This document shows positions 17,385-25,104 of a stretch of DNA of 53,718 nucleotides, in pieces (within the stretch, counting starts at the first letter, position 1; each line of letters starts with the position of its first letter). The stretch is from IMG/VR virus record IMGVR_UViG_3300030107_001340, positions 1-53,718 of that record, one strand, 5' to 3'. The notes beneath the pieces were generated by a model. That model did not search any database and was not told the DNA's origin. It saw only the letters and a program-made list of their open reading frames with translations. Origin of the DNA: a virus. Lineage: Duplodnaviria; Caudoviricetes. The position numbers and the translations under genes were made by a program.

Positions 17385-18119
17385 TTATGCACTAGCATAA
17401 TTACTTTTACCTGCACCATGTACAGCAACGACAATCGACTTGGCTTGTTTGCTAGTACCCGCACATAATAAGCAATCTTCACACGTCGTACGTTTGCCGC
17501 CCTCCTCAGTGGCCGGACATATAATCTCTTTACCTTTCACGATATCTTGCACATTGGTTGTAACTCTAAACGTGCGTTGCCCCATTGCCCACGCTTGCTT
17601 TGCCTCATCCAGATTGTCAGCACTACGCATAAACATATCAGCCCGAAAATCGCTGGATTTGATATTAAATTGGTGACTGTAGCCAGTATGACCTAGTGAA
17701 TCGGTCAACAAACTTTGCCAGATATAACTTGGCACTGCCGCTGGATCGCCATATGTGCCAAGCCGGACACGTTTACCCGCACCAATGCGCCGCAAGTTAT
17801 CGTGGCCCATGCTTTCGATATAATTACCCTTGCGATATGATTTGAACACAGATAGCACCATCAAAAGCATGACATAGCACGAGCGTTCTTTTGCCCCACC
17901 CTTGTCACCATCATGGGGTTTACCCCTATGGATACAATCCCCACAGATAGAAAAATCCTTGCCTGTTCTATTAGCCGTGATGGGGTCCGTATCTTTTACA
18001 AGGATCAAGGTTTGGATCATATCGCCTGTCTTATTATTGCGTGATTTTTCCAACGCGATGACCACGATACCCTTGCCATCCAATAAGCTTGGTCCGTCAT
18101 AAATAATATATCCGCTCAT
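17385..18119 (-). CDS. Cys-rich protein, gp88-like / possible Fe-S protein
   Basis: CGDC...CYV, VRLGTYGDP, TGYSH, CPA...CEDCLLC. Confidence 0.6.
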   Translation of the reverse strand: MSGYIIYDGPSLLDGKGIVVIALEKSRNNKTGDMIQTLILVKDTDPITANRTGKDFSICGDCIHRGKPHDGDKGGAKERSCYVMLLMVLSVFKSYRKGNYIESMGHDNLRRIGAGKRVRLGTYGDPAAVPSYIWQSLLTDSLGHTGYSHQFNIKSSDFRADMFMRSADNLDEAKQAWAMGQRTFRVTTNVQDIVKGKEIICPATEEGGKRTTCEDCLLCAGTSKQAKSIVVAVHGAGKSNYASA

Positions 18120-18150
18120 TTGTTTTTCCTCATATGTTTAACTTGATTTA

Positions 18151-18179
18151 CTTATACTAGCAAACTTGTAACACGTCAA
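18151..18179 (-). promoter_or_regulatory. sigma70-type promoter
   Basis: TTGACG-17 nt-TATAAG. Confidence 0.7.
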
Positions 18180-18262
18180 CCCGATATAGCGACTAACACG
18201 CCAACGCCTAGCGCAACAATTACATAACCGCACAAGGCTATAAATATTTCAAAATTTGTCAT
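18176..18262 (-). CDS. 28-aa single-TM peptide (not in ORF track)
   Basis: MTNFEIFIALCGYVIVALGVGVLVAISG*; RBS GAGGATAAAACAA. Confidence 0.6.
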   Translation of the reverse strand: MTNFEIFIALCGYVIVALGVGVLVAISG

Positions 18263-18285
18263 TTGTTTTATCCTCTCATTTAAAT

Positions 18286-18301
18286 TGTCCAACCTTGGAC
18301 A
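18286..18301. repeat. 16-bp inverted repeat, copy 6
   Basis: Exact match, 2 nt after the stop at 18304. Confidence 0.95.
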
Positions 18302-18303
18302 TA

Positions 18304-18507
18304 TTACAGCAAGCCTTTATCAATTAATCGCTGACGCATTTCTGCCAGTTTTTGATTTGCGTCATGCTCGCGTTTGCGCTCTTTATAATCGACAACACTA
18401 CCGCTTAACGAACCTTCACCACCCGATTTACTACGTGGTATTCTAGGCCAAGCCGATTTTAATTTGTATACTTCGCGAACCATTATACCACCATGTTTTC
18501 TAGACAT
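18304..18507 (-). CDS. basic hypothetical early protein
   Basis: Likely start MSRKHGG downstream of repeat copy 7. Confidence 0.6.
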   Translation of the reverse strand: MSRKHGGIMVREVYKLKSAWPRIPRSKSGGEGSLSGSVVDYKERKREHDANQKLAEMRQRLIDKGLL

Positions 18508-18511
18508 TTTA

Positions 18512-18703
18512 TCAACCCCTGTCAGATTGTCCAACCTTGGACATTTTTAGAAACATAAAAACACACATAAACCCAAAACCTACCCCGCACGAAATCAGCA
18601 AGGCTAAAATATGGGGTTGGTTTGCTGGCACGTTATCAGCCCAGTACATACAGCCGATTGATAGGGCAAAAAATAACACGCCTAGAAAATCGTATTTATT
18701 CAT
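18512..18703 (-). CDS. two-TM membrane protein
   Basis: Two hydrophobic helices, AGGAG RBS; C-terminus MSKVGQ encoded by the repeat. Confidence 0.7.
   Translation of the reverse strand: MNKYDFLGVLFFALSIGCMYWADNVPANQPHILALLISCGVGFGFMCVFMFLKMSKVGQSDRG
18528..18543. repeat. 16-bp inverted repeat, copy 7
   Basis: Exact match. Confidence 0.95.
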
Positions 18704-18747
18704 TTTTAAAACTCCTATTTTTGTTTCTCATTGTCACAATATAAAAC

Positions 18748-18776
18748 ACGTTACCCCATGTTTTATATTCTAGCAA
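18748..18776 (-). promoter_or_regulatory. possible promoter overlapped by an 11-bp inverted repeat
   Basis: TTGCTA-17 nt-TAACGT; AATATAAAACA (18738-48) / TGTTTTATATT (18759-69). Confidence 0.45.
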
Positions 18777-18781
18777 TAGGG

Positions 18782-18815
18782 AAAATAGGGGTGACAAATA
18801 GCCACCCCTTATTTT
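18782..18815 (-). terminator. intrinsic terminator after 18819-19361
   Basis: Minus strand AGGGGTGGC-TATTT-GTCACCCCT-ATTTT. Confidence 0.7.
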
Positions 18816-18818
18816 AGA

Positions 18819-19361
18819 TTATGCTGCTTTTTTAGTTGGAACCATTGCCATTTTCAACATGGTTTTCTCGCCTAGTAATGGGCGGAAAACATCAGCAACC
18901 GGGACATCATTTTTTTCGCACCATGAGGCAACGAATGCCGACATTTCAATAGCGGTCATACCCTCAGGCAATGCTTCAGATAATTCGGGAGTGCTATCAC
19001 CCTCCGATTTTTCCCCTTGTGATGTTTCACCCTTGGCTGGTTTATTCAGTTTCCGGTATTCATTTAAAAACCCATGGACTGAGCTAAACCGACCAGATCT
19101 GTACAATTCCCAAAATCCGGTAAAATCATTTTGTATTATAGATAATAACTTTCCAGCGTCGGAGCGTCGTCGACGATCAATAAATTGCAAACCATATTCA
19201 ACTAACATTTTCTGAGATACCGATTTTTTATCCCCTTTTATGTGTGCAAGTATTCTTGCCAATCGGAGGATAGAAGAAAATTTATTGGCCTTTGCGTTTT
19301 CCAATGCTTTTTCTTGTCTCTTAGTTATTACCAGAGCGTTTTTGAATTGTGCGTTTTGCAT
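18819..19361 (-). CDS. first early gene, basic helical protein, possible DNA-binding
   Basis: 180 aa, AAGGA RBS, own promoter and terminator; IDRRRRSDA segment. Confidence 0.75.
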   Translation of the reverse strand: MQNAQFKNALVITKRQEKALENAKANKFSSILRLARILAHIKGDKKSVSQKMLVEYGLQFIDRRRRSDAGKLLSIIQNDFTGFWELYRSGRFSSVHGFLNEYRKLNKPAKGETSQGEKSEGDSTPELSEALPEGMTAIEMSAFVASWCEKNDVPVADVFRPLLGEKTMLKMAMVPTKKAA

Positions 19362-19405
19362 GATGCATATCCTTATGTTTAGTTGTTTAAGTAAGTAACA
19401 ACCTC

Positions 19406-19433
19406 AGATTAGCAAAATCAGATATCTTGTAAA
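19406..19433 (-). promoter_or_regulatory. probable promoter of the first early gene
   Basis: TTTACA-16 nt-TAATCT with extended -10 TG. Confidence 0.5.
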
Positions 19434-19504
19434 CAAAAAAATATTCAACCTGTGGATAACTTTTACAAGTCATTGTTTTTATTACATAAATCAGAATAAA
19501 AAAA

Positions 19505-19520
19505 TGTCCAAGGTTGGACA
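19505..19520. repeat. 16-bp inverted repeat, copy 8 (opposite orientation, TGTCCAAGGTTGGACA)
   Basis: Exact reverse complement of the other seven. Confidence 0.95.
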
Positions 19521-19653
19521 TATTGGATATATGACCACGTTTTTTATGGGGGTATATGCTCCGACCATTACACATCGGGGGGTATGGTAAAAATAGGCTA
19601 TTCTTGACACATTAAATATATAAACTGATTTTATAACAGTTAGAATATATAGC

Positions 19654-19666
19654 TAAGTTATTGATA
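19654..19666 (-). promoter_or_regulatory. IHF consensus site
   Basis: TATCAATAACTTA matches WATCAANNNNTTR; a one-mismatch site lies at 19467-19479. Confidence 0.55.
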
Positions 19667-19944
19667 TATAAGGATTTTATAGCTTAATGGTGGATTGATT
19701 ATGGTTTTATGCTTTCACCACGTCAAAAATCACGAGGCAAAGGGTGTTTTTTTGTTATTTATAAGGTGTCGGGCATGGGCCACCCCCCGTACCTACGTAC
19801 ACGTATACACACACATACACAGATCAGGATTTTGAAGTGTTAACCACACGACTAACTGACAACATATATAGTGCCTATCACACATAATACTGTGATAAAT
19901 ATATCACACACATAAATAAAATACGTGCTATCACATAAATTGTA

Positions 19945-19973
19945 TTGACATACTATCACGAATCAAGTATAAT
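19945..19973 (+). promoter_or_regulatory. consensus sigma70 promoter for the rightward arm
   Basis: TTGACA-17 nt-TATAAT, perfect consensus. Confidence 0.85.
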
Positions 19974-20153
19974 TATATATAACAAAACATAACACTATAA
20001 GTGATTCAGTATACTGCTTTATACAGCTTAATAAAATAACACTTAGCTAATACACTTATAATGTTATTAGACATTTTCTTGTTAAAGGCATTTAACTGTA
20101 ACAGTATAACTGCTCTTTAGTTTAGAATAAATATCACGTACTTGTACATTTAG

Positions 20154-20393
20154 ATGTACGGTATAAATAACTTCTTGACAATGTATAAAAAATCAGTAAA
20201 ACTATACACAGACAATGTTATAGAAGCATTCTACGATAGCATTCGTAACTATTCATTGGATCGTTTACATATTCCTCATAGCGATGTATTCTATGTACGT
20301 AATGCTTTGCGTGCTAGATACGGTCGTAAGTTTTCTTTACGTGAAGTAGAAAGTGCCATGAAACTGGAGGGTTGGTCAGATAAAGGCGATTAG
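20154..20393 (+). CDS. hypothetical protein
   Basis: 79-aa ORF; true start may be 20181. Confidence 0.65.
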   Translation: MYGINNFLTMYKKSVKLYTDNVIEAFYDSIRNYSLDRLHIPHSDVFYVRNALRARYGRKFSLREVESAMKLEGWSDKGD

Positions 20394-20397
20394 GTAA

Positions 20398-20685
20398 ATG
20401 GCTAAATTTATAATCATTATTGTAATGTTTTTTCCAAACTTTGAAGATTATCTAGGTGGTAATACATTTATCGTTAGTCATAAACACGATAAAGAATTAG
20501 TGTTTAAAACTCAGATAGAATGTTTTGAATATGTTACAGAAAACATTAGCGATCTAGTATTGTTTGGTGAGCAAACTTATAGTAATATAGAGGGGGCAGA
20601 AGTAAGTGAGTTTCTCTGTGTAACTAAAAAAGACTCTGAAGAATTTAAAAAAATAGAGAAGAAGGTTAAGGGTCTTGATACATGA
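20398..20685 (+). CDS. hypothetical protein
   Basis: Hydrophobic N-terminus, F-x-x-x-x-EC...C pattern. Confidence 0.65.
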   Translation: MAKFIIIIVMFFPNFEDYLGGNTFIVSHKHDKELVFKTQIECFEYVTENISDLVLFGEQTYSNIEGAEVSEFLCVTKKDSEEFKKIEKKVKGLDT

Positions 20686-20808
20686 TAAGTTTGAAAAGAG
20701 TAAATGACAGATACATTGTGTATGACGATGACTATGTTGTAATTGTTACAACGTATCGTAATATCGCAGAAGAGATGATGGCACGTAGAATACAGGCGAG
20801 AGAGAATA

Positions 20809-21153
20809 ATGGCTCTAAGTGAATCTGAAAAGAATAAGCTAAAACGATATGGCTTATCAGGTTTAAACAAGCCCAAGCGCACTCCAGACCATGCAACGAA
20901 GAAAGGTATCGTAGCGGTACGTGATGGAGAAAGAATAAAGATTATTCGTTTTGGTGATCAGAAGATGGGTCACAATTATTCTAAGGAAGCACGTAAATCA
21001 TTTAAATCAAGACACGGAAAAAATATAAGAAAAGGAAAAACATCAGCAGCTTTCTGGGCAAATAAATTGTTTTGGGCTGGATCTGGTGGATCAAAGAAGA
21101 TGCCCCCTAAAAGTCAAAAGGTTGTTAAGGGCATTAAACGTAGAAGTAAATAA
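20809..21153 (+). CDS. basic hypothetical protein
   Basis: KIIRFGD...RKSFKSRH...SAAFWA. Confidence 0.8.
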   Translation: MALSESEKNKLKRYGLSGLNKPKRTPDHATKKGIVAVRDGERIKIIRFGDQKMGHNYSKEARKSFKSRHGKNIRKGKTSAAFWANKLFWAGSGGSKKMPPKSQKVVKGIKRRSK

Positions 21154-21383
21154 TGACTGAGCCAGTATATCAATCTATAATGGCTGGCAGTATACAACCA
21201 GTAGAAGTACATAAGCAGTATATGGTAAAGGGTGGCGGTGATGATATTACCTATGTCACTCGTAAGTATGAAATAGATGGTCCTGTTGTGAGGGTATCCG
21301 AATCATCTGTTACGTTGTACGATAGATACGGGCAGACATATGAGGTAGGTAAACCATCTCACACTAAAGAAATTTTTGTATAA
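21153..21383 (+). CDS. hypothetical protein
   Basis: 76 aa, TAATG coupling. Confidence 0.7.
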   Translation: MTEPVYQSIMAGSIQPVEVHKQYMVKGGGDDITYVTRKYEIDGPVVRVSESSVTLYDRYGQTYEVGKPSHTKEIFV

Positions 21384-21403
21384 CTAGAAAAGGAATATGT
21401 AAG

Positions 21404-22399
21404 ATGGCTAAACGGGGAAGCATGAGTGCTGCTATTAAAGCTATTAAAGGCACTCCCGGTGAAGAGAGAGCAGTTAGAGCAGGAGTCAAAGCCGCTAAAG
21501 AAGCACTTGAAGATGGTAAGACGCAAGCTCAAGCAAAGAAGATTGGCGCAGAAGTTACTGAAAAAAGACTAGGTGAAAATCGTAAAAGAGCAGGTAAAGA
21601 ATTATTGAACCTTGCTGTAACGGCAGCACCGGGAGGTTTGTTAGCATTAGCAGGGCGCACAGCAGTAAAAACAACAGCTAAAGCAGCAATTAAAAAAGCT
21701 CAAACAAAAAGAAAGCAATCGGATGCTGCTGCTAAAACAAATAAGATGAGAAAAGAAAAGAGAGATGCTGCTGAACCAACTCGTGGTAAAAAAACTCTTG
21801 AAGCAGTCGAAAAGGGTAAAGCGGATAGGAAAGCTGCACCTGCTAGAGAAGCTGCTAAAAAAGAAAGACGTAGGGCTGCAACTGCTGCAGGAGCAGGAAT
21901 AGGAATTGGTGCAGGTATTCTTGCTGGTATGTCTGCTATACCTGATAGAAAGAAAAAACAAGCCCAAGCGGAAGAAGCACCTACTAAAACTCGTACACTT
22001 CCTAAATCTGAAGTAGAAGTAGCAAAAGAAACACCTACTAGAACTCGCACACCTTCTGGTCGAACGGCACGTATTAAACGTGGTGATACTCTATCTGCCA
22101 TAGCACGTAAGGCAGGAGTTAGCTTAAAAGAACTTATGGAAGCTAATCCTAGCATTAAAGACGCTAACAAGATTCGTGTTGGTCAAAGTATTAAAATTCC
22201 ATCTAAGAGTGGTAGAGGAACATACGAAGGTATGTCTCGTTCTGAAATGAGAGCTATATCTAGGGACCGTGAGGACCAAGGTGATACACCCTTCCAAAAA
22301 GGTGGTATGGTTAAAAAGACAAATTTTGGGGCAATGGACTTCCGTAAAGGTGGTATGGTCCTTAACGTAACAGACAATAGGAGAAAGTCCCGTGGCTAA
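21404..22399 (+). CDS. Lys/Ala-rich LysM-domain protein
   Basis: IKRGDTLSAIARKAGVSLKELMEANPSIKDANKIRVGQSIKIP is a LysM domain; FQKGGMV and FRKGGMV near the C-terminus. Confidence 0.88.
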   Translation: MAKRGSMSAAIKAIKGTPGEERAVRAGVKAAKEALEDGKTQAQAKKIGAEVTEKRLGENRKRAGKELLNLAVTAAPGGLLALAGRTAVKTTAKAAIKKAQTKRKQSDAAAKTNKMRKEKRDAAEPTRGKKTLEAVEKGKADRKAAPAREAAKKERRRAATAAGAGIGIGAGILAGMSAIPDRKKKQAQAEEAPTKTRTLPKSEVEVAKETPTRTRTPSGRTARIKRGDTLSAIARKAGVSLKELMEANPSIKDANKIRVGQSIKIPSKSGRGTYEGMSRSEMRAISRDREDQGDTPFQKGGMVKKTNFGAMDFRKGGMVLNVTDNRRKSRG

Positions 22400-22652
22400 A
22401 CATAGCAAGAAAAAAGGTAAAAAGGATATGGTCACGGTTGTGTCTATTGGCATAAGTGCCATACCAAAAAAGAAATTAAAAGAGAAAATGAAGAAAGCCA
22501 AAAAAGCTAATATGATGGGCGGTGGTATGGCTAATGGTAAAATGCATAACTACGCTACAGGGGGAATGGTAACGGATAAGCTTAACCCCGGACTTAAAGC
22601 ACTAGCTAAAAAACGCCCAGACGTAGTAAAGAATATTTTAAAGAACTCATAA
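22392..22652 (+). CDS. basic hypothetical protein with GG motifs
   Basis: MMGGGMA, YATGGMV. Confidence 0.75.
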   Translation: MAKHSKKKGKKDMVTVVSIGISAIPKKKLKEKMKKAKKANMMGGGMANGKMHNYATGGMVTDKLNPGLKALAKKRPDVVKNILKNS

Positions 22653-22653
22653 T

Positions 22654-23196
22654 TTGCATCCTATTGAAATTGATATACGTACTTGGTCAGAAGAGTTTCT
22701 TGAAAAGCCAAGTGATAAACTAGGGGGATTGCCCCCATGCCCATACGCTAGAAAGGCGTGGCTAGATAATAGAGTACACTTTTCTATTCACGAAAGCTTT
22801 GATAGCCTTTTTAATGTAGTGTATAATTATACAAGAGATACATCTGTTTGTGATGTATTAGTCTGGGCAAGTTACGAGATACCAGATCAACCATACTTTG
22901 AAGGAGTTGTTGACGGTATCAATGAAACATTTTCTTTATTAAAAAAGGATGTGTACCTTATGGGTTTTCATCCTGACTTTGACGCCGAAGATGCTGACTT
23001 TGATTTGTTATCGTCTTACCAGTTTCAAGGCGAAGAAGAAAAAGAGTACGTTATGGTATTCTTGCAGGCGTTATCAAAATTAGATGACGCATCATTAGAG
23101 TTAGAGAAAACAGATTATTATAAAAGTTTTCCTGACCATATATATAACAGCCTAATTCTAGATAGAAGGAGATTACGTAATGGCTATGAATCGTAA
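22654..23196 (+). CDS. DUF1415-like protein
   Basis: PCPYARK...MGFHPD motifs; TTG start. Confidence 0.6.
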   Translation: MHPIEIDIRTWSEEFLEKPSDKLGGLPPCPYARKAWLDNRVHFSIHESFDSLFNVVYNYTRDTSVCDVLVWASYEIPDQPYFEGVVDGINETFSLLKKDVYLMGFHPDFDAEDADFDLLSSYQFQGEEEKEYVMVFLQALSKLDDASLELEKTDYYKSFPDHIYNSLILDRRRLRNGYES

Positions 23197-23359
23197 GAAA
23201 ACAATGCGTGGTGGAAAAAAGAAAATGATGAGAGGTGGCGGCATGGCTACCGTGAAAAAAATGCGGGGCGGTGGTATGGCTAAAAAGAAGATGATGCGTG
23301 GTGGCGGCATGGCTAAAAAGAAGATGATGCGTGGCGGTGGAATGGTTAAGAAAAAATAA
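23180..23359 (+). CDS. 59-aa Lys/Met/Gly repeat protein (not in ORF track)
   Basis: AGGAG RBS; MAMNRKKTMRGGKKKMMRGGGMATVKKMRGGGMAKKKMMRGGGMAKKKMMRGGGMVKKK*. Confidence 0.85.
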   Translation: MAMNRKKTMRGGKKKMMRGGGMATVKKMRGGGMAKKKMMRGGGMAKKKMMRGGGMVKKK

Positions 23360-23606
23360 CTATGCCAAAAAATCATGCGATTGGATTGAGTAACTATGAA
23401 TCTAAAAAACGTATTAGACGTAAAGGTCGTCACAAGAAAAATGTTAACAAAAGCAAAAAAGTTAAGCAACATTTTTGTTAAATACTACGCTTGTGTTTTG
23501 TTGTGGCTAAGTAAATTGTTTACATGTAAACGATGTATCTTTTGTGCATTTGGTAAGTGGATTTATAAGAGGCATGTAAAAGCATCGAACTACCTAAGAA
23601 AATAAT

Positions 23607-23975
23607 ATGCCTGATTTAGATACAGCTAAGTTTACAACAGAAAGCATTACAGTTACAAGCACAAGTGCTGATGCTTCTGCTGATGTAGTGTATACTGTGC
23701 CAGATAATCACAGTGCTTTAATAAAGTTTTTGCATTTGAGTAATGGCACAGCTTCAGCAAAAAAAGCATATGTTCAGTTTTATCAGAATGACTCCACCTC
23801 TTATAAGTATTTAGCTAATGGGCTTTCTATATCAGCTAATAGTGTAATTAATTTAATAAGTAGTGGTGAATTTTTACTACATCAAAAAGATAAAATTGTT
23901 TGTTTCATGGAAGCTGGTATGACATTGAATGTAACAGTGTCATCAAGAGAATATTTTGATCCTGTTAGACAGTAA
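23607..23975 (+). CDS. hypothetical beta-rich protein, possibly virion-associated
   Basis: 122 aa, VYTVP...LSN pattern. Confidence 0.7.
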   Translation: MPDLDTAKFTTESITVTSTSADASADVVYTVPDNHSALIKFLHLSNGTASAKKAYVQFYQNDSTSYKYLANGLSISANSVINLISSGEFLLHQKDKIVCFMEAGMTLNVTVSSREYFDPVRQ

Positions 23976-23987
23976 AGGAAAACGAAA

Positions 23988-24350
23988 ATGCCTCTGACAT
24001 CAAAAGGAAAAAAGATTAAAAAAGCCATGACTAGTCGTTATGGTTCTAAAAAAGGCAAAGAGGTATTTTATGCGTCAGCAAACAAAGGGACGATTAAAGG
24101 AGTCTCGAAAGGAAAAAGCTACTCGAAAGGCGGCACGGCTACAAAAACTCGCAAATCGAAGAAGCCTAAAACGAAGAGCAAAAGTAGAGTTAATGAGGCT
24201 GGCAACTACACTAAGCCAGAAATGAGAAAGAGATTATTTAACAAAATAAAAGCAGGATCTCGCGGCGGAAATCCGGGTCAATGGAGTGCGAGAAAAGCTC
24301 AATTGCTGGCTTCAGAATATAAAAAGAAAGGTGGCGGCTACAGGAGCTAG
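23988..24350 (+). CDS. basic protein
   Basis: MPLTSKGKKI...VFYASANKG; NYTKP...GQWSARKAQLLASEYKKKGGGY. Confidence 0.8.
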   Translation: MPLTSKGKKIKKAMTSRYGSKKGKEVFYASANKGTIKGVSKGKSYSKGGTATKTRKSKKPKTKSKSRVNEAGNYTKPEMRKRLFNKIKAGSRGGNPGQWSARKAQLLASEYKKKGGGYRS

Positions 24351-24409
24351 TATAGTTCTGATAACTGTGTGCCTAAACTAATTTACCCCTAAAATAAGGT
24401 ATACATATA

Positions 24410-24856
24410 ATGTTAGCTGAAATTGCAGCTTGCAATGCAGCTTTCGGCGTTATCAAGCAAGTTGTTTCCAACGGACAAGACTTGTTAAGTGCTGGAAAGG
24501 CTATTGCTAAATTTGTAAGTGGAAAAGAAGAACTACAACGTCGGGTTGCTGGTAAGGATAAATCAAAAGCAAATCAGTCTGATCTTGAAGCGTTTCTTGC
24601 TTTAGAAAAAATAAGAGAACAAGAATCAGAATTAAAGCAAATGATGATCTACTTAGGTAGACCGGGACTATGGACAGATTATCAAAAGTATTGTGCTGAA
24701 GCTAGAAGAGCTAGGCGGCAATCAGAAAAAGAAGCGGTAGCTAAACGTGAGAAAATAGTATATCGTTCAATAGTAGGAGGTTTAATTAGTTTTTTTGTAC
24801 TATTAATAACTGGTATTATAGTGTTAGTATATATGGCAGCGCAAGGAAAGTTATGA
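24410..24856 (+). CDS. coiled-coil protein with C-terminal TM helix
   Basis: 148 aa. Confidence 0.78.
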   Translation: MLAEIAACNAAFGVIKQVVSNGQDLLSAGKAIAKFVSGKEELQRRVAGKDKSKANQSDLEAFLALEKIREQESELKQMMIYLGRPGLWTDYQKYCAEARRARRQSEKEAVAKREKIVYRSIVGGLISFFVLLITGIIVLVYMAAQGKL

Positions 24857-25104
24857 GTCTTAAAAAATCACAAAAGAGTTTAAAGTCTTGGACAAAACAA
24901 AAGTGGCGTACTAAGTCAGGTAAACCTTCCTTGAAAACTGGCGAAAGATATTTGCCTGAAAAGGCAATCAAAGCATTATCCCCTAGTCAATACGCTTCAA
25001 CTTCTAGAGCTAAACGAAAGGGTATGAGACAGGGTAAGCAGTTCGTTAAACAACCAAAGAGTGTTGCAAAGCGAACTGCTAAATTTAGAAGGGGCATGGC
25101 ATAA
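24853..25104 (+). CDS. basic protein
   Basis: QKSLKSWTKQKWRTKSGK...GERYLP. Confidence 0.8.
   Translation: MSLKKSQKSLKSWTKQKWRTKSGKPSLKTGERYLPEKAIKALSPSQYASTSRAKRKGMRQGKQFVKQPKSVAKRTAKFRRGMA

Noticed and set aside
13300-19520. 16-bp repeats as a CRISPR array
   Set aside because: Repeat too short, spacing irregular (about 240-1570 bp) and filled with genes; no cas operon. The Cas4-like exonuclease sits in the replication module.
19387-19575. 62-aa minus-strand ORF in the control region
   Set aside because: No RBS; overlaps the promoter, DnaA/IHF-like sites and repeat copy 8; probably non-coding
20082-20095. CtrA box
   Set aside because: TTAA-N6-TTAA rather than the TTAA-N7-TTAA consensus, in AT-rich DNA
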